DNA of 37,930 nt from Saprospiraceae bacterium. Lineage in GTDB: Bacteria; Bacteroidota; Bacteroidia; Chitinophagales; Saprospiraceae. Positions 8,887 through 16,589 of the stretch are shown here, piece by piece. The position numbers and the translations under genes are program-made. How positions within the stretch are numbered: position 1 is the stretch's first letter; each line of letters begins with the position of its first letter. The notes beneath the pieces were generated by a model, which saw only the letters and a list, made by a program, of their open reading frames with translations, searched no databases and was not told the DNA's origin. The stretch covers positions 1 through 37,930 of the forward strand of contig JALZVN010000329.1 in the NCBI GenBank assembly GCA_023299965.1, in the 5' to 3' direction.

Positions 8887-11292
8887 ATGACTCTAATCAA
8901 CAAGTACATGCCTAGCCAAAAGAGATATAAGCTACTTGGACTTTGCTTGATAGTATGTATCGTCTATTATATCTTTTGCCTACCCAGTAAGTTGTTTGAC
9001 ACCCCCTATGCAAAGGTATTGGTAGATGAAAGCGGACAACTCTTGAGCGCCAGTATCTCCGCAGATGGTCAGTGGCGATTCCCGCCTATTGATAGCGTTC
9101 CACACAAATTTGCTACTGCCCTTATTCAATTTGAAGATAGGCGATTTTATTCGCATTGGGGTGTAGATCTGCAAAGCGTAGCCCGTGCTATTCATCAAAA
9201 TATTAGTAATAGAAAAGTAGTCAGCGGTGCAAGTACGCTGAGTATGCAGGTCATGCGGCTTTCTGCTCCCCAAAACAAACGGAACCTCTTCAATAAAATT
9301 CAAGAGATGATAAAAGCTACTCGCTTAGAGTTCCGTTTATCAAAAGAAGAGATTCTAGAACTATACACCTCGCACGCTCCATTTGGGGGCAATGTGGTCG
9401 GTTTAGAAGCTGCATGCTGGAGATATTATAGCAAAGCTCCTGATCTACTTACTTGGTCAGAAGCTGCAACCCTAGCAGTGCTACCAAATGCTCCTGCTCT
9501 TATTCATCCAGGTAGAAATAGAAAAGAACTACAAGAAAAAAGAAATAGATTGTTGGCGAAGCTACTTGACACGGGTCATATAGATTCTCTGAGCTATAAC
9601 CTATCGGTAGACGAGCCCATCCCTGTTGCACCAAAAGCACTCCCTAGGTGGGCTAACCATCTCATGCATACTGCCTACAGATATGGAGATCAAAAAAGCA
9701 GAGAAGGCAAAATAAAATCTAGCATCGACATTCATCTTCAAAAAGAAGTGCATCGAATCATAGGTCAAAGCCATAGTGTAAATGATGCAGAATTCATCCA
9801 TAATAGCGCTGCTCTTGTTATACATGTCCCCAGTGGAAAAGTAAAAGCTTATATAGGTAATGCTCCCAATGCAGGTTTTAAAAATCAAGGCGATGTGGAT
9901 ATTGTGATGGCACCAAGAAGCACCGGTAGTATTTTAAAACCATTCTTGTATGCGCTCTGTCTGCAGGATGGGAAATATTTACCCGATGCTATGATCAAAG
10001 ATGTGCCTATCCAACTCCAAGGATACGCTCCTAAAAACTTTGATCGCAAATTTTCTGGAGTAGTCCCTTTTTCACAAGCATTGAGCAGATCACTCAATGT
10101 GCCTTTTGTCAATGCACTACAAGAGTATAATTTGGAAAAATTCTATGACTTTCTCCAAGACGCAGATTATAGTCACATCACAGCCTCTCCAAATCATTAT
10201 GGTTTGAGTCTTATCTTAGGAGGTGCGGAAGCCAACTTATGGGATCTGAGTTCGACTTATGTCAGTATGGCTAGAACCTTGCGTGACTATCCTAATACCA
10301 ATGGTACGTATCAAGCGAGCGATTTTGACAAAGCCAGCTGGCTTGCAAATCATGAAATTCCAACAATGAAAAGAACTGAGCATTCGGATTTTCTTTCAGC
10401 TTCGGCTATCTGGCATACCTTCAAGGCTATGCAACAGGTAAAACGTCCAGATGAAGAAGGCCATTGGGAAAACTTTGACTCCGCGGTAAACATCGCTTGG
10501 AAGACAGGAACTAGCTTTGGCTTTAAAGATGCATGGGCTATCGGTGTCAATGCTGAGTATGTGGTCGGCGTGTGGGTAGGCAATGCAGATGGGGAAGGTA
10601 GACCAGGTCTAATCGGCGTAAAGAAAGCCGCTCCTATCCTTTTTGATATTTTCAAACAACTACCAAGATCAGATTGGTTCGAGCCACCTTACGATGACAT
10701 GGTGCAAATGCCCGTATGCAGAAAATCTGGATATAGAAGCCACAAAGATGTATGCCCTACAGTGGACACCATCTGGGCTCCGCAACAAGGCTTAAAAGCA
10801 GATATATGCCCTATGCATCAAGTTGTATTTACCAATCAACAAGGCGATCGACAAGTGAACGCCACGTGTTATCCAAGAGCACAGATGCAGAAAAAGACTT
10901 TCTTCGTTCTCAATCCTACAGCTGCTTACTTCTACAAACGTTTTGACCCACAGTATCAAGCACTGCCCGTCCTAGCTCAAGGTTGCTCTACGACTAAAGC
11001 GAAGCAACGGAATATGGAATTCATCTATCCTAAAGCAAATGACAAAATCTATATTCCTATAGAACTAGATGGCAAACTTGGAAAAGCGATCTTCAAGGTA
11101 GCGCATATCCTAGATGGTGAAGTACTGTATTGGCATCTTGGAGAGGAATATCTAGGAAGTACTTCAGAGTTTCATGAGATGGCACTGCAGCCCCCTTATG
11201 GCAAAAATAAGATCACCGTTATAGATTCAAAAGGTAATCGAATTAGCCAAAATTTTGAAATCTTGAACAATCAAAAAACTGGAAATAAGTAG
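8887..11292 (+). CDS. pbpC: Penicillin-binding protein 1C (bifunctional transglycosylase/transpeptidase)
   Basis: GT51 motifs EDRRFYSHWGVD and GASTLSMQ; transpeptidase motifs STGSILKP (SxxK), SRSLN (SxN) and KTGTS; and a ~130 aa C-terminal extension typical of PBP1C. It has an N-terminal membrane anchor. Confidence 0.85.
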   Translation: MTLINKYMPSQKRYKLLGLCLIVCIVYYIFCLPSKLFDTPYAKVLVDESGQLLSASISADGQWRFPPIDSVPHKFATALIQFEDRRFYSHWGVDLQSVARAIHQNISNRKVVSGASTLSMQVMRLSAPQNKRNLFNKIQEMIKATRLEFRLSKEEILELYTSHAPFGGNVVGLEAACWRYYSKAPDLLTWSEAATLAVLPNAPALIHPGRNRKELQEKRNRLLAKLLDTGHIDSLSYNLSVDEPIPVAPKALPRWANHLMHTAYRYGDQKSREGKIKSSIDIHLQKEVHRIIGQSHSVNDAEFIHNSAALVIHVPSGKVKAYIGNAPNAGFKNQGDVDIVMAPRSTGSILKPFLYALCLQDGKYLPDAMIKDVPIQLQGYAPKNFDRKFSGVVPFSQALSRSLNVPFVNALQEYNLEKFYDFLQDADYSHITASPNHYGLSLILGGAEANLWDLSSTYVSMARTLRDYPNTNGTYQASDFDKASWLANHEIPTMKRTEHSDFLSASAIWHTFKAMQQVKRPDEEGHWENFDSAVNIAWKTGTSFGFKDAWAIGVNAEYVVGVWVGNADGEGRPGLIGVKKAAPILFDIFKQLPRSDWFEPPYDDMVQMPVCRKSGYRSHKDVCPTVDTIWAPQQGLKADICPMHQVVFTNQQGDRQVNATCYPRAQMQKKTFFVLNPTAAYFYKRFDPQYQALPVLAQGCSTTKAKQRNMEFIYPKANDKIYIPIELDGKLGKAIFKVAHILDGEVLYWHLGEEYLGSTSEFHEMALQPPYGKNKITVIDSKGNRISQNFEILNNQKTGNK

Positions 11293-11296
11293 GGGC

Positions 11297-11337
11297 AAAA
11301 AAAAATCCCTGCACCTAGAAGGGAGTTAAGGTGCAGG
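11297..11337 (-). terminator. Hairpin terminator between convergent pbpC and the histidine kinase (T-run on the minus strand; may act in both directions)
   Basis: Stem CCTGCACC(11308-11315)/GGTGCAGG(11330-11337), with an A9 run at 11297-11305 (T9 after the hairpin on the minus strand). Confidence 0.55.
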
Positions 11338-11497
11338 AAGATTAAACAAACATACTATGAGAAAACTAGGTCAAATATATGGGTGTTTTACGTTATATGT
11401 GGGGCACTATGACGTCTAGGTAGGCAAAACTTACTAAGCGGTAAGAATCGTTTAGAAAGCGGTCGTCTTCAGTGCCAAATTTTTGGTCAAATGTGGG

Positions 11498-13402
11498 TTA
11501 TTTGAGTTTAAAATCGACAACTGGGAGAATTAATTCCACTCTAGTCCCCATTGCATTCCCCGTTTGCTTGTCATAAAGATCAATCGTCTCTACAGATAAA
11601 TCAGGACTATTTAAACTAGATTTAAGAACATCTAATCTCTTTTGGGTAATAGAGGTCCCCATGGACTTGTGCTGCTCGTGGTAGCCTCCTTTGGCTTGGA
11701 TTTCTCCTGCTTTGACTCTGCCGATTCCATTATCCTCAACTATGCACTTGAGTGTGTCCTCAGTATGGTAAATAAATTCTACCAACAGTCTACCATCACT
11801 TCTAGTGCGAATGCCGTGTTCAAGCGCATTTTCAACATATGGCTGTACGATCATACTCGGTAGGCAGACCAAATCTTCCTCTAGTTCATCATCGACCTTG
11901 ACCACAAAAGTCATTTGGTCAGAATAACGAAGCTTTTTATTGATATCTAAATACTCCTTTAGGAACTCCACTTCGTCCTCTAAGGAGAGACTTTCAATAT
12001 CTGAATAATAAAGGCTCTTTCTAATTAAGCTAGCAAATTGAGCAAGATACTTAGCTGCATTTTCTTTTTCATTGGAACTGATATACCCTTGTATGGAGTT
12101 GAGTGCATTGTGAATGAAATGCGGATTCATTTGCGCCCGTAATGCTTTTAGTTGTAGTTTTTTAGATTCAAGACGAAGCAATTCTGATTCTTGCTCTTTG
12201 CTCTGCGCGTCATATTTTATTTGGAGCTCCGTTATCTTTCTTGCTTTGACTTCTTGTTGATATTCTTCATTGTGATTGGCGTGCATCAACTGATATCTAT
12301 AAGCCATTTCAAAATTTTCTTGCTCAGCGTAATATGCAGCAATACTTTGGTACATTATAGCCAATAGCTTATTGCTTTCACTGGCTTTTGCGTATTCAAA
12401 GGCTTTTAGCAAGGAATCTAACCTCTTTTGGTTTTTATCCAATTTGAGGTAGGCTTCTGCTTTCCAAAGCTGTAAGTAAAAGAGATTAGGAAGATCTTTC
12501 TTTTCTTGTTGATCATATATTTTCTCCGCTGTATTGTATTTTTCTAGTGCATTCTTGATATCGCCTTGCTCAAATAAACAAAAGCCAGCATTGGCGTACG
12601 CACCAGCCTTAGCCGCTACACTCGAGTCGTCCTTAATGATGATAGATTTTTCAAAAAAGGATTTGGCCACTTCGTAATTCTCTAAGGCGATATAACCCAA
12701 ACCAGCTAATAGGTAATGCCAACTCAGTCGTCCTTTGATGTCATTCTTCTCGCACAAATCTACCACGCTAGTGTATGCTCTCACACTCTTTTTGACATCT
12801 CCATTGTGCTCAAAGATATTACCTAGACCGCTTTGAATCACCGTCTGAAAGTAATAATCCTTTGTATCTAAAGCTTCTGCTTTATCGAATCGTTTTTGTG
12901 CTTTATGAAATAAAGAAAGCGCTTTATCATAATTTTCTTCTTTGAGATAAACTCCAGCCTCTCGGCACAACAATCTAGCTCTTAATTTTTTATCCGGAAA
13001 ATCTCTTAATATTCTTCTTGCTTTGGCGATATAGTGTCTTGCTATTTCTAGTTTATCTAGATTGATACATACTCCTACAAAATCAATATACCCCTCGAGC
13101 TGCTCCTTTGCGTCTCCAGAGATTTCTAGAATTTCAATAGCTGCTGTAAACTTACTTTCCGCAAGCTCATAATCATAGTCTTGATTGTGTATTACGCCCG
13201 CTTTCAGGAGATAGCTTAAAAATATTTCTGGTTCTTTATGATTCTTAAGCAAGACTTCCATTTGGTGAATGGCAAATTTTGCTTTCGTGTTGTCTGTATA
13301 AATTAACTGGTCCGTCAACTGATCTAGCATGCGTAGTTGCTGGATGGGTTCATCGCTAGAGAGGATGGCATCTTCAAGTTTTTGAATAGCGTCTGTAAAC
13401 AT
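11498..13402 (-). CDS. TPR-repeat sensor histidine kinase, LytS/YehU (His_kinase PF06580-like) type, with no predicted transmembrane segment
   Basis: About 380 aa of TPR-like repeats, then a coiled coil, then RAQMNPHFIHNALNSIQ (His_kinase box) and an HATPase_c region (QPYVENALEHGI, VEDNGIG). I see no signal peptide or long hydrophobic run in the translation. Confidence 0.85.
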   Translation of the reverse strand: MFTDAIQKLEDAILSSDEPIQQLRMLDQLTDQLIYTDNTKAKFAIHQMEVLLKNHKEPEIFLSYLLKAGVIHNQDYDYELAESKFTAAIEILEISGDAKEQLEGYIDFVGVCINLDKLEIARHYIAKARRILRDFPDKKLRARLLCREAGVYLKEENYDKALSLFHKAQKRFDKAEALDTKDYYFQTVIQSGLGNIFEHNGDVKKSVRAYTSVVDLCEKNDIKGRLSWHYLLAGLGYIALENYEVAKSFFEKSIIIKDDSSVAAKAGAYANAGFCLFEQGDIKNALEKYNTAEKIYDQQEKKDLPNLFYLQLWKAEAYLKLDKNQKRLDSLLKAFEYAKASESNKLLAIMYQSIAAYYAEQENFEMAYRYQLMHANHNEEYQQEVKARKITELQIKYDAQSKEQESELLRLESKKLQLKALRAQMNPHFIHNALNSIQGYISSNEKENAAKYLAQFASLIRKSLYYSDIESLSLEDEVEFLKEYLDINKKLRYSDQMTFVVKVDDELEEDLVCLPSMIVQPYVENALEHGIRTRSDGRLLVEFIYHTEDTLKCIVEDNGIGRVKAGEIQAKGGYHEQHKSMGTSITQKRLDVLKSSLNSPDLSVETIDLYDKQTGNAMGTRVELILPVVDFKLK

Positions 13403-13427
13403 AGGATATCAAATATGGACAATCTTA

Positions 13428-13464
13428 AACAAAAACGGGTACACAACATACATTGTGACCCGTT
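13428..13464 (-). terminator. Intrinsic terminator immediately downstream of the GG-leader peptide gene
   Basis: Stem AACGGGT(A)CACA (13434-13445) / TGTGACCCGTT (13454-13464), followed on the minus strand by TTTTTGTTT. It lies about 30 nt upstream of the kinase ATG (13402). Confidence 0.55.
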
Positions 13465-13484
13465 ATTTAATTCTTGACAGTGTA

Positions 13485-13622
13485 TCAGTGAGGTACAGTA
13501 CCTCCCCAACCACCAAACCAGAAAAATGCTCGCTTGCTTCCTCCTTTGATTTTTTTCATATCGTCAAAGTCGAGTACAAAGAGGTCTTTCTTCAAGTCTT
13601 GAAGTTTAACCAATTTTCCCAT
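13485..13622 (-). CDS. 45-aa double-glycine (bacteriocin-type) leader peptide; candidate pheromone or bacteriocin precursor
   Basis: My translation of the minus strand is MGKLVKLQDLKKDLFVLDFDDMKKIKGG-SKRAFFWFGGWGGTVPH, then stop (TGA = tca at 13485-13487). The leader ends in the IKGG motif. It falls below the 60-aa cut-off of the supplied ORF track, is flanked by hairpins, and lies between the LytTR regulator and the kinase. Confidence 0.6.
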   Translation of the reverse strand: MGKLVKLQDLKKDLFVLDFDDMKKIKGGSKRAFFWFGGWGGTVPH

Positions 13623-13669
13623 AGTACAGGATTTTCGTGTTGTTAAAAATTGTCAGTAAATATATATTA

Positions 13670-13687
13670 TACCCTTCGAAAAGGGTA
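13670..13687 (-). terminator. Short hairpin after the response-regulator stop (weak terminator or attenuator)
   Basis: TACCCTT-CGAA-AAGGGTA is a 7-bp perfect stem 22 nt downstream of the RR stop. The downstream tract is only AT-rich, not a clean U-run. Confidence 0.3.
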
Positions 13688-13709
13688 CAACTTCTTTAGC
13701 AAAGGAAAT

Positions 13710-14471
13710 CTACATCCCCATTTGCATTGCCTTCAACTGCTGTATAAATGCAGGTCTTCTTCTTCTTGACACCTCTATCTCTTTCTCATCATCCATGATC
13801 AAATATCCCCCTTCTCCCTTCACGAACTTTTGCATATAATTCAAATTGATTACATGCTTTTTATGCACTCTAAAGAAGTTCTTACTCTCCAATAAATCAG
13901 CATACCACTTGATCGTTTTGGAAACTGTAATCTTCTGCTTGTTCTCTAGATAAATGTGTGTATAGTTGTCCTCCCCTTCTAGTCGTATAATATCCTTGAT
14001 ATTGACAAAGTAGATGCCATCCACTGCGGAGATACTCATCTTTGAAAAGATGTTAGGATTGGTGTAGTATTCTTTAAACACCTCCAGGCGCTCGTTGATA
14101 GATTCGTCCGCACTAGGCGTATATCTACTAACTGCCTCTTTTAGCTTATCCGGATCTATTGGCTTTTGGATATAGTCTATAGAACTATATCTACAAGCCT
14201 GTACTGCATATTCTGAAAAAGCAGTCACAAAAATAATATTGAACGAGATGTTGGGATTCTGGTCTAGTAGACTAAAAATGAGCCCATCAGACAACTGAAT
14301 ATCCATGAATGCCAGGTCTATTTTAGTACCTAGATTCTGCAATAAAATTTGTCCTTCCGCTATACTCGTTGCCGTACCTAATAATTCAATATCAGGGCAA
14401 TATTCTTGGATCAAATTCTTTAAATTTTTGAGGCTATTCAATTCATCCTCAATAATAATCGCTCTTATCAC
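13710..14471 (-). CDS. LytTR-family response regulator (REC + LytTR DNA-binding domain)
   Basis: REC domain (IRAIIIEDE...DLAFMDIQLSDG...IIFVTAF) followed by a LytTR domain (IYFVNIKDIIRLEGEDNYTHIYLENKQKITVSKTIKWYADLL...FFRVHKKHVINLNYM). I prefer GTG at 14471 (MIRAIIIEDE); the ORF track starts 13 codons earlier, at GTG 14510. Confidence 0.85.
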   Translation of the reverse strand: MIRAIIIEDELNSLKNLKNLIQEYCPDIELLGTATSIAEGQILLQNLGTKIDLAFMDIQLSDGLIFSLLDQNPNISFNIIFVTAFSEYAVQACRYSSIDYIQKPIDPDKLKEAVSRYTPSADESINERLEVFKEYYTNPNIFSKMSISAVDGIYFVNIKDIIRLEGEDNYTHIYLENKQKITVSKTIKWYADLLESKNFFRVHKKHVINLNYMQKFVKGEGGYLIMDDEKEIEVSRRRRPAFIQQLKAMQMGM

Positions 14472-14884
14472 TATAATAATCTTGTTTAACTTGTTTACAA
14501 TAAATCGCACGCTCCTTTACTCCCGTTAAGAGAACTGGACCTTCGTTTCGACATAGATTGATTGTAAGTGTGGATAGCTGCTAAACTTTTCCGACGCTGT
14601 AAAGAAATAAAAAAATATTAATATAAAGTAAATACTATCTAAAAAATGTTGAAAATGAAGGTATAACATATCTAATTCGCTTTATTTTGAAAAATGTTAC
14701 CTTTTTTAGGCACAAATTTTGTTTCGTAACCTAGTCCCTTTTTTTACCCGCCTGTAGAGACCAAATCCTAAGCAATAAACCAAGATCATAAAATCACTAC
14801 ATTTTTTTGAACGCGCTGTAGGTCTTATACGAGCTATAAATCACAACAATTCTCTAACTATCTATCTAGTAGCTTCTTAGACTT

Positions 14885-15082
14885 AAAAAAAAAGCGATCC
14901 CGCTATACAGAAATCAACACGCTAAGACCTATACTTCGGGCAAAGGATATGGAAGGTGGCCCGATAGGGTCAGTCCCGATTTTTTTTTATCGGGACAGTA
15001 GCGAAGCGAATCCTGGAGGAGCCTGGCCTCGCTCTAGACGTAGGCTCCGCCTAGTCTAGAGCGAGGTGACCCCAAATCAAAC
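14885..15082 (+). repeat. GC-rich hairpin-dense intergenic element, copy B
   Basis: AAGCGAT box (14892-14898); GTCCCGAT-T8-ATCGGGAC (14973-14996); 13-bp perfect stem CCTCGCTCTAGAC (15027-15039)/GTCTAGAGCGAGG (15054-15066); terminal CCCCAAATCAAA (15070-15081). Confidence 0.55.
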
Positions 15083-15110
15083 AAATATCCTAGCACTCCT
15101 CTGCTATAGA

Positions 15111-15140
15111 TCTTCTTTTTGGGGCTCCACTTTCCAGTTT
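15111..15140 (-). repeat. Inverted fragment of the element terminal box
   Basis: TTTTTGGGGCTCCACTTTCC resembles 18437-18456 (TTTGGGGGCTCCCCTTGCC). It is the inverse of the CCCCAAA box 40 nt upstream. Confidence 0.35.
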
Positions 15141-15204
15141 TCACATATTTACTATATGTTTGTATCTAACATGGGGGCAACATCGTTCTTATTGGTAATA
15201 TAAA

Positions 15205-16074
15205 ATGGCAAAAAAAGCAAAATCAGAATTTAGTCCTTTTAGGGAGCGACTGCACGAAATCATCTTCGAGGCAGACACTAAGGCTGGAAAATGGTTTGAC
15301 ATCATACTGATGATGATCATCGTCCTCAGTGTGATCATGGTAATGCTGGAAAGTATAGAATCCTTTAGAGTCAAAAACGAAAAGATATTAGAGGTATTTG
15401 AATGGTTCTTTACGATCTTTTTTACGATGGAGTATATCTTGCGTTTGTACTGCGTACATAGTCCCTCTAAGTATGCGGGTAGCTTTTTTGGGATAATAGA
15501 TCTACTGGCCATCGCACCTACCTATCTTGAACTTATCATACCTAATACCCATTTCTTGATCGTGGTGCGTGCTCTGAGATTGCTGAGGGTATTTAGGATA
15601 TTCAAACTGGCTAACTTCCTGAAAGAGAGTAGGTACATCATGGCTTCATTGAAAGCGAGTAGCCAGAAGATTGGAGTTTTTCTAACATTTGTACTGCTCA
15701 TGACCATCATTATTGGCTCTGTTATGTACCTCGTCGAAGGGGGCTCAAACGAGGCCTTTTCTAGTATACCTCGATCGATCTACTGGGCAATTGTCACCCT
15801 GACTACGGTTGGATATGGGGACATTACGCCATCTACATCTCTGGGACAGTTCCTAGCAGCTGCTGTTATGATGATGGGGTACGCAGTACTGGCTGTCCCT
15901 ACAGGTATCGTATCTGCTGAAATGGTAAAGAAAAATGGGGCTGATGACATAGCGCTCAACACCCAAGTTTGTTCTGACTGTGGGGAAGATGAGCATGCAG
16001 ATGATGCGCTCTATTGCCGAATATGCGGGGAAGAGCTACATGTCTCTTTACTGAATCATTCACATGATGACTAA
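15205..16074 (+). CDS. Voltage-gated-type potassium channel (6TM ion transport protein) with a C-terminal CxxC...CxxC tail
   Basis: S4-like RALRLLRVFRIFKLANF, K+ selectivity filter TLTTVGYGD, and the C-terminal CSDCGEDEHADDALYCRICGEE. Confidence 0.85.
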   Translation: MAKKAKSEFSPFRERLHEIIFEADTKAGKWFDIILMMIIVLSVIMVMLESIESFRVKNEKILEVFEWFFTIFFTMEYILRLYCVHSPSKYAGSFFGIIDLLAIAPTYLELIIPNTHFLIVVRALRLLRVFRIFKLANFLKESRYIMASLKASSQKIGVFLTFVLLMTIIIGSVMYLVEGGSNEAFSSIPRSIYWAIVTLTTVGYGDITPSTSLGQFLAAAVMMMGYAVLAVPTGIVSAEMVKKNGADDIALNTQVCSDCGEDEHADDALYCRICGEELHVSLLNHSHDD

Positions 16075-16078
16075 GCCT

Positions 16079-16495
16079 CTATGACTTATTGTAGACGCGG
16101 GCAAAGATCCTCTTGACACTATACCTACCAGAATCATTCACATACAACATCAATAAGCCCCCTGCAATGGCCATGTTTTTCATAAACATAAGACTATGAA
16201 GACGACGCACGGCTTCGGGGTCATTCCACCAAGAGTAAAGTGTGAAAGTCAATGGTATCCAATAGATCAGTAGACAGATGGCTCCAAGTGAGGTGCGATA
16301 TCCAATCAAGATGAGGACCCCACCAAGAATAAGCAGAAGTATACTCGCATACATGAGGAAGTCTTGATTCCAAGTGACGCCATATTCGGTCATCATCTGC
16401 TTATTTGCCTTAAAGAAGGCAATAGAGTCATATGCTTCGAACAGAAATATAAAAGATAAGAATATTCGACCGATCAGGTCTGCCACATCCTTCAT
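16079..16495 (-). CDS. DoxX-family small membrane protein
   Basis: 138 aa with four hydrophobic helices and an N-terminal pattern (LIGRIFLSFIFLFEAYD) reminiscent of DoxX. Convergent with the channel gene (4-nt gap). Confidence 0.6.
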   Translation of the reverse strand: MKDVADLIGRIFLSFIFLFEAYDSIAFFKANKQMMTEYGVTWNQDFLMYASILLLILGGVLILIGYRTSLGAICLLIYWIPLTFTLYSWWNDPEAVRRLHSLMFMKNMAIAGGLLMLYVNDSGRYSVKRIFARVYNKS

Positions 16496-16589
16496 TGTTG
16501 TTTATTTTGTTTGTAAATGGCATGTCTGATTAACTAAAATTAGGCTAGCTAGCCATTTATGCGCCGCGAATTTACATTTTATTTAGCTT

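Noticed and set aside
8980-10946. ORFs 8980-9303, 9601-9888, 9885-10112 and 10350-10655 (minus), and 10752-10946 (plus, out of frame).
   Set aside because: They lie inside pbpC, whose GT51 and transpeptidase motifs cover the region. They are shadow ORFs.
13324-13646. ORFs 13455-13646 (+, 63 aa) and 13324-13509 (-, 61 aa) in the HK/RR spacer.
   Set aside because: The plus ORF is antisense to the GG-leader peptide gene and has no features. The minus ORF is out of frame with, and overlaps, the kinase start and the terminator hairpin. The 45-aa GG-leader reading explains the region better.
14642-14698. Direct repeat AAAAATGTT (14642-14650 and 14690-14698) upstream of the LytTR regulator, considered as a possible LytTR box pair.
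   Set aside because: The repeats start 48 nt apart, not the ~21-nt periodicity (9-bp repeats with a 12-13-bp spacer) known for ComE/AgrA/PlnC sites. The motif is also just AT-rich sequence that could recur by chance.
16543-16554. 12-bp perfect palindrome GGCTAGCTAGCC between the oxidoreductase and DoxX genes.
   Set aside because: It is too short and loop-less to be a terminator, it occurs only once, and it has no partner half-sites. It could be an operator, but there is no supporting evidence.
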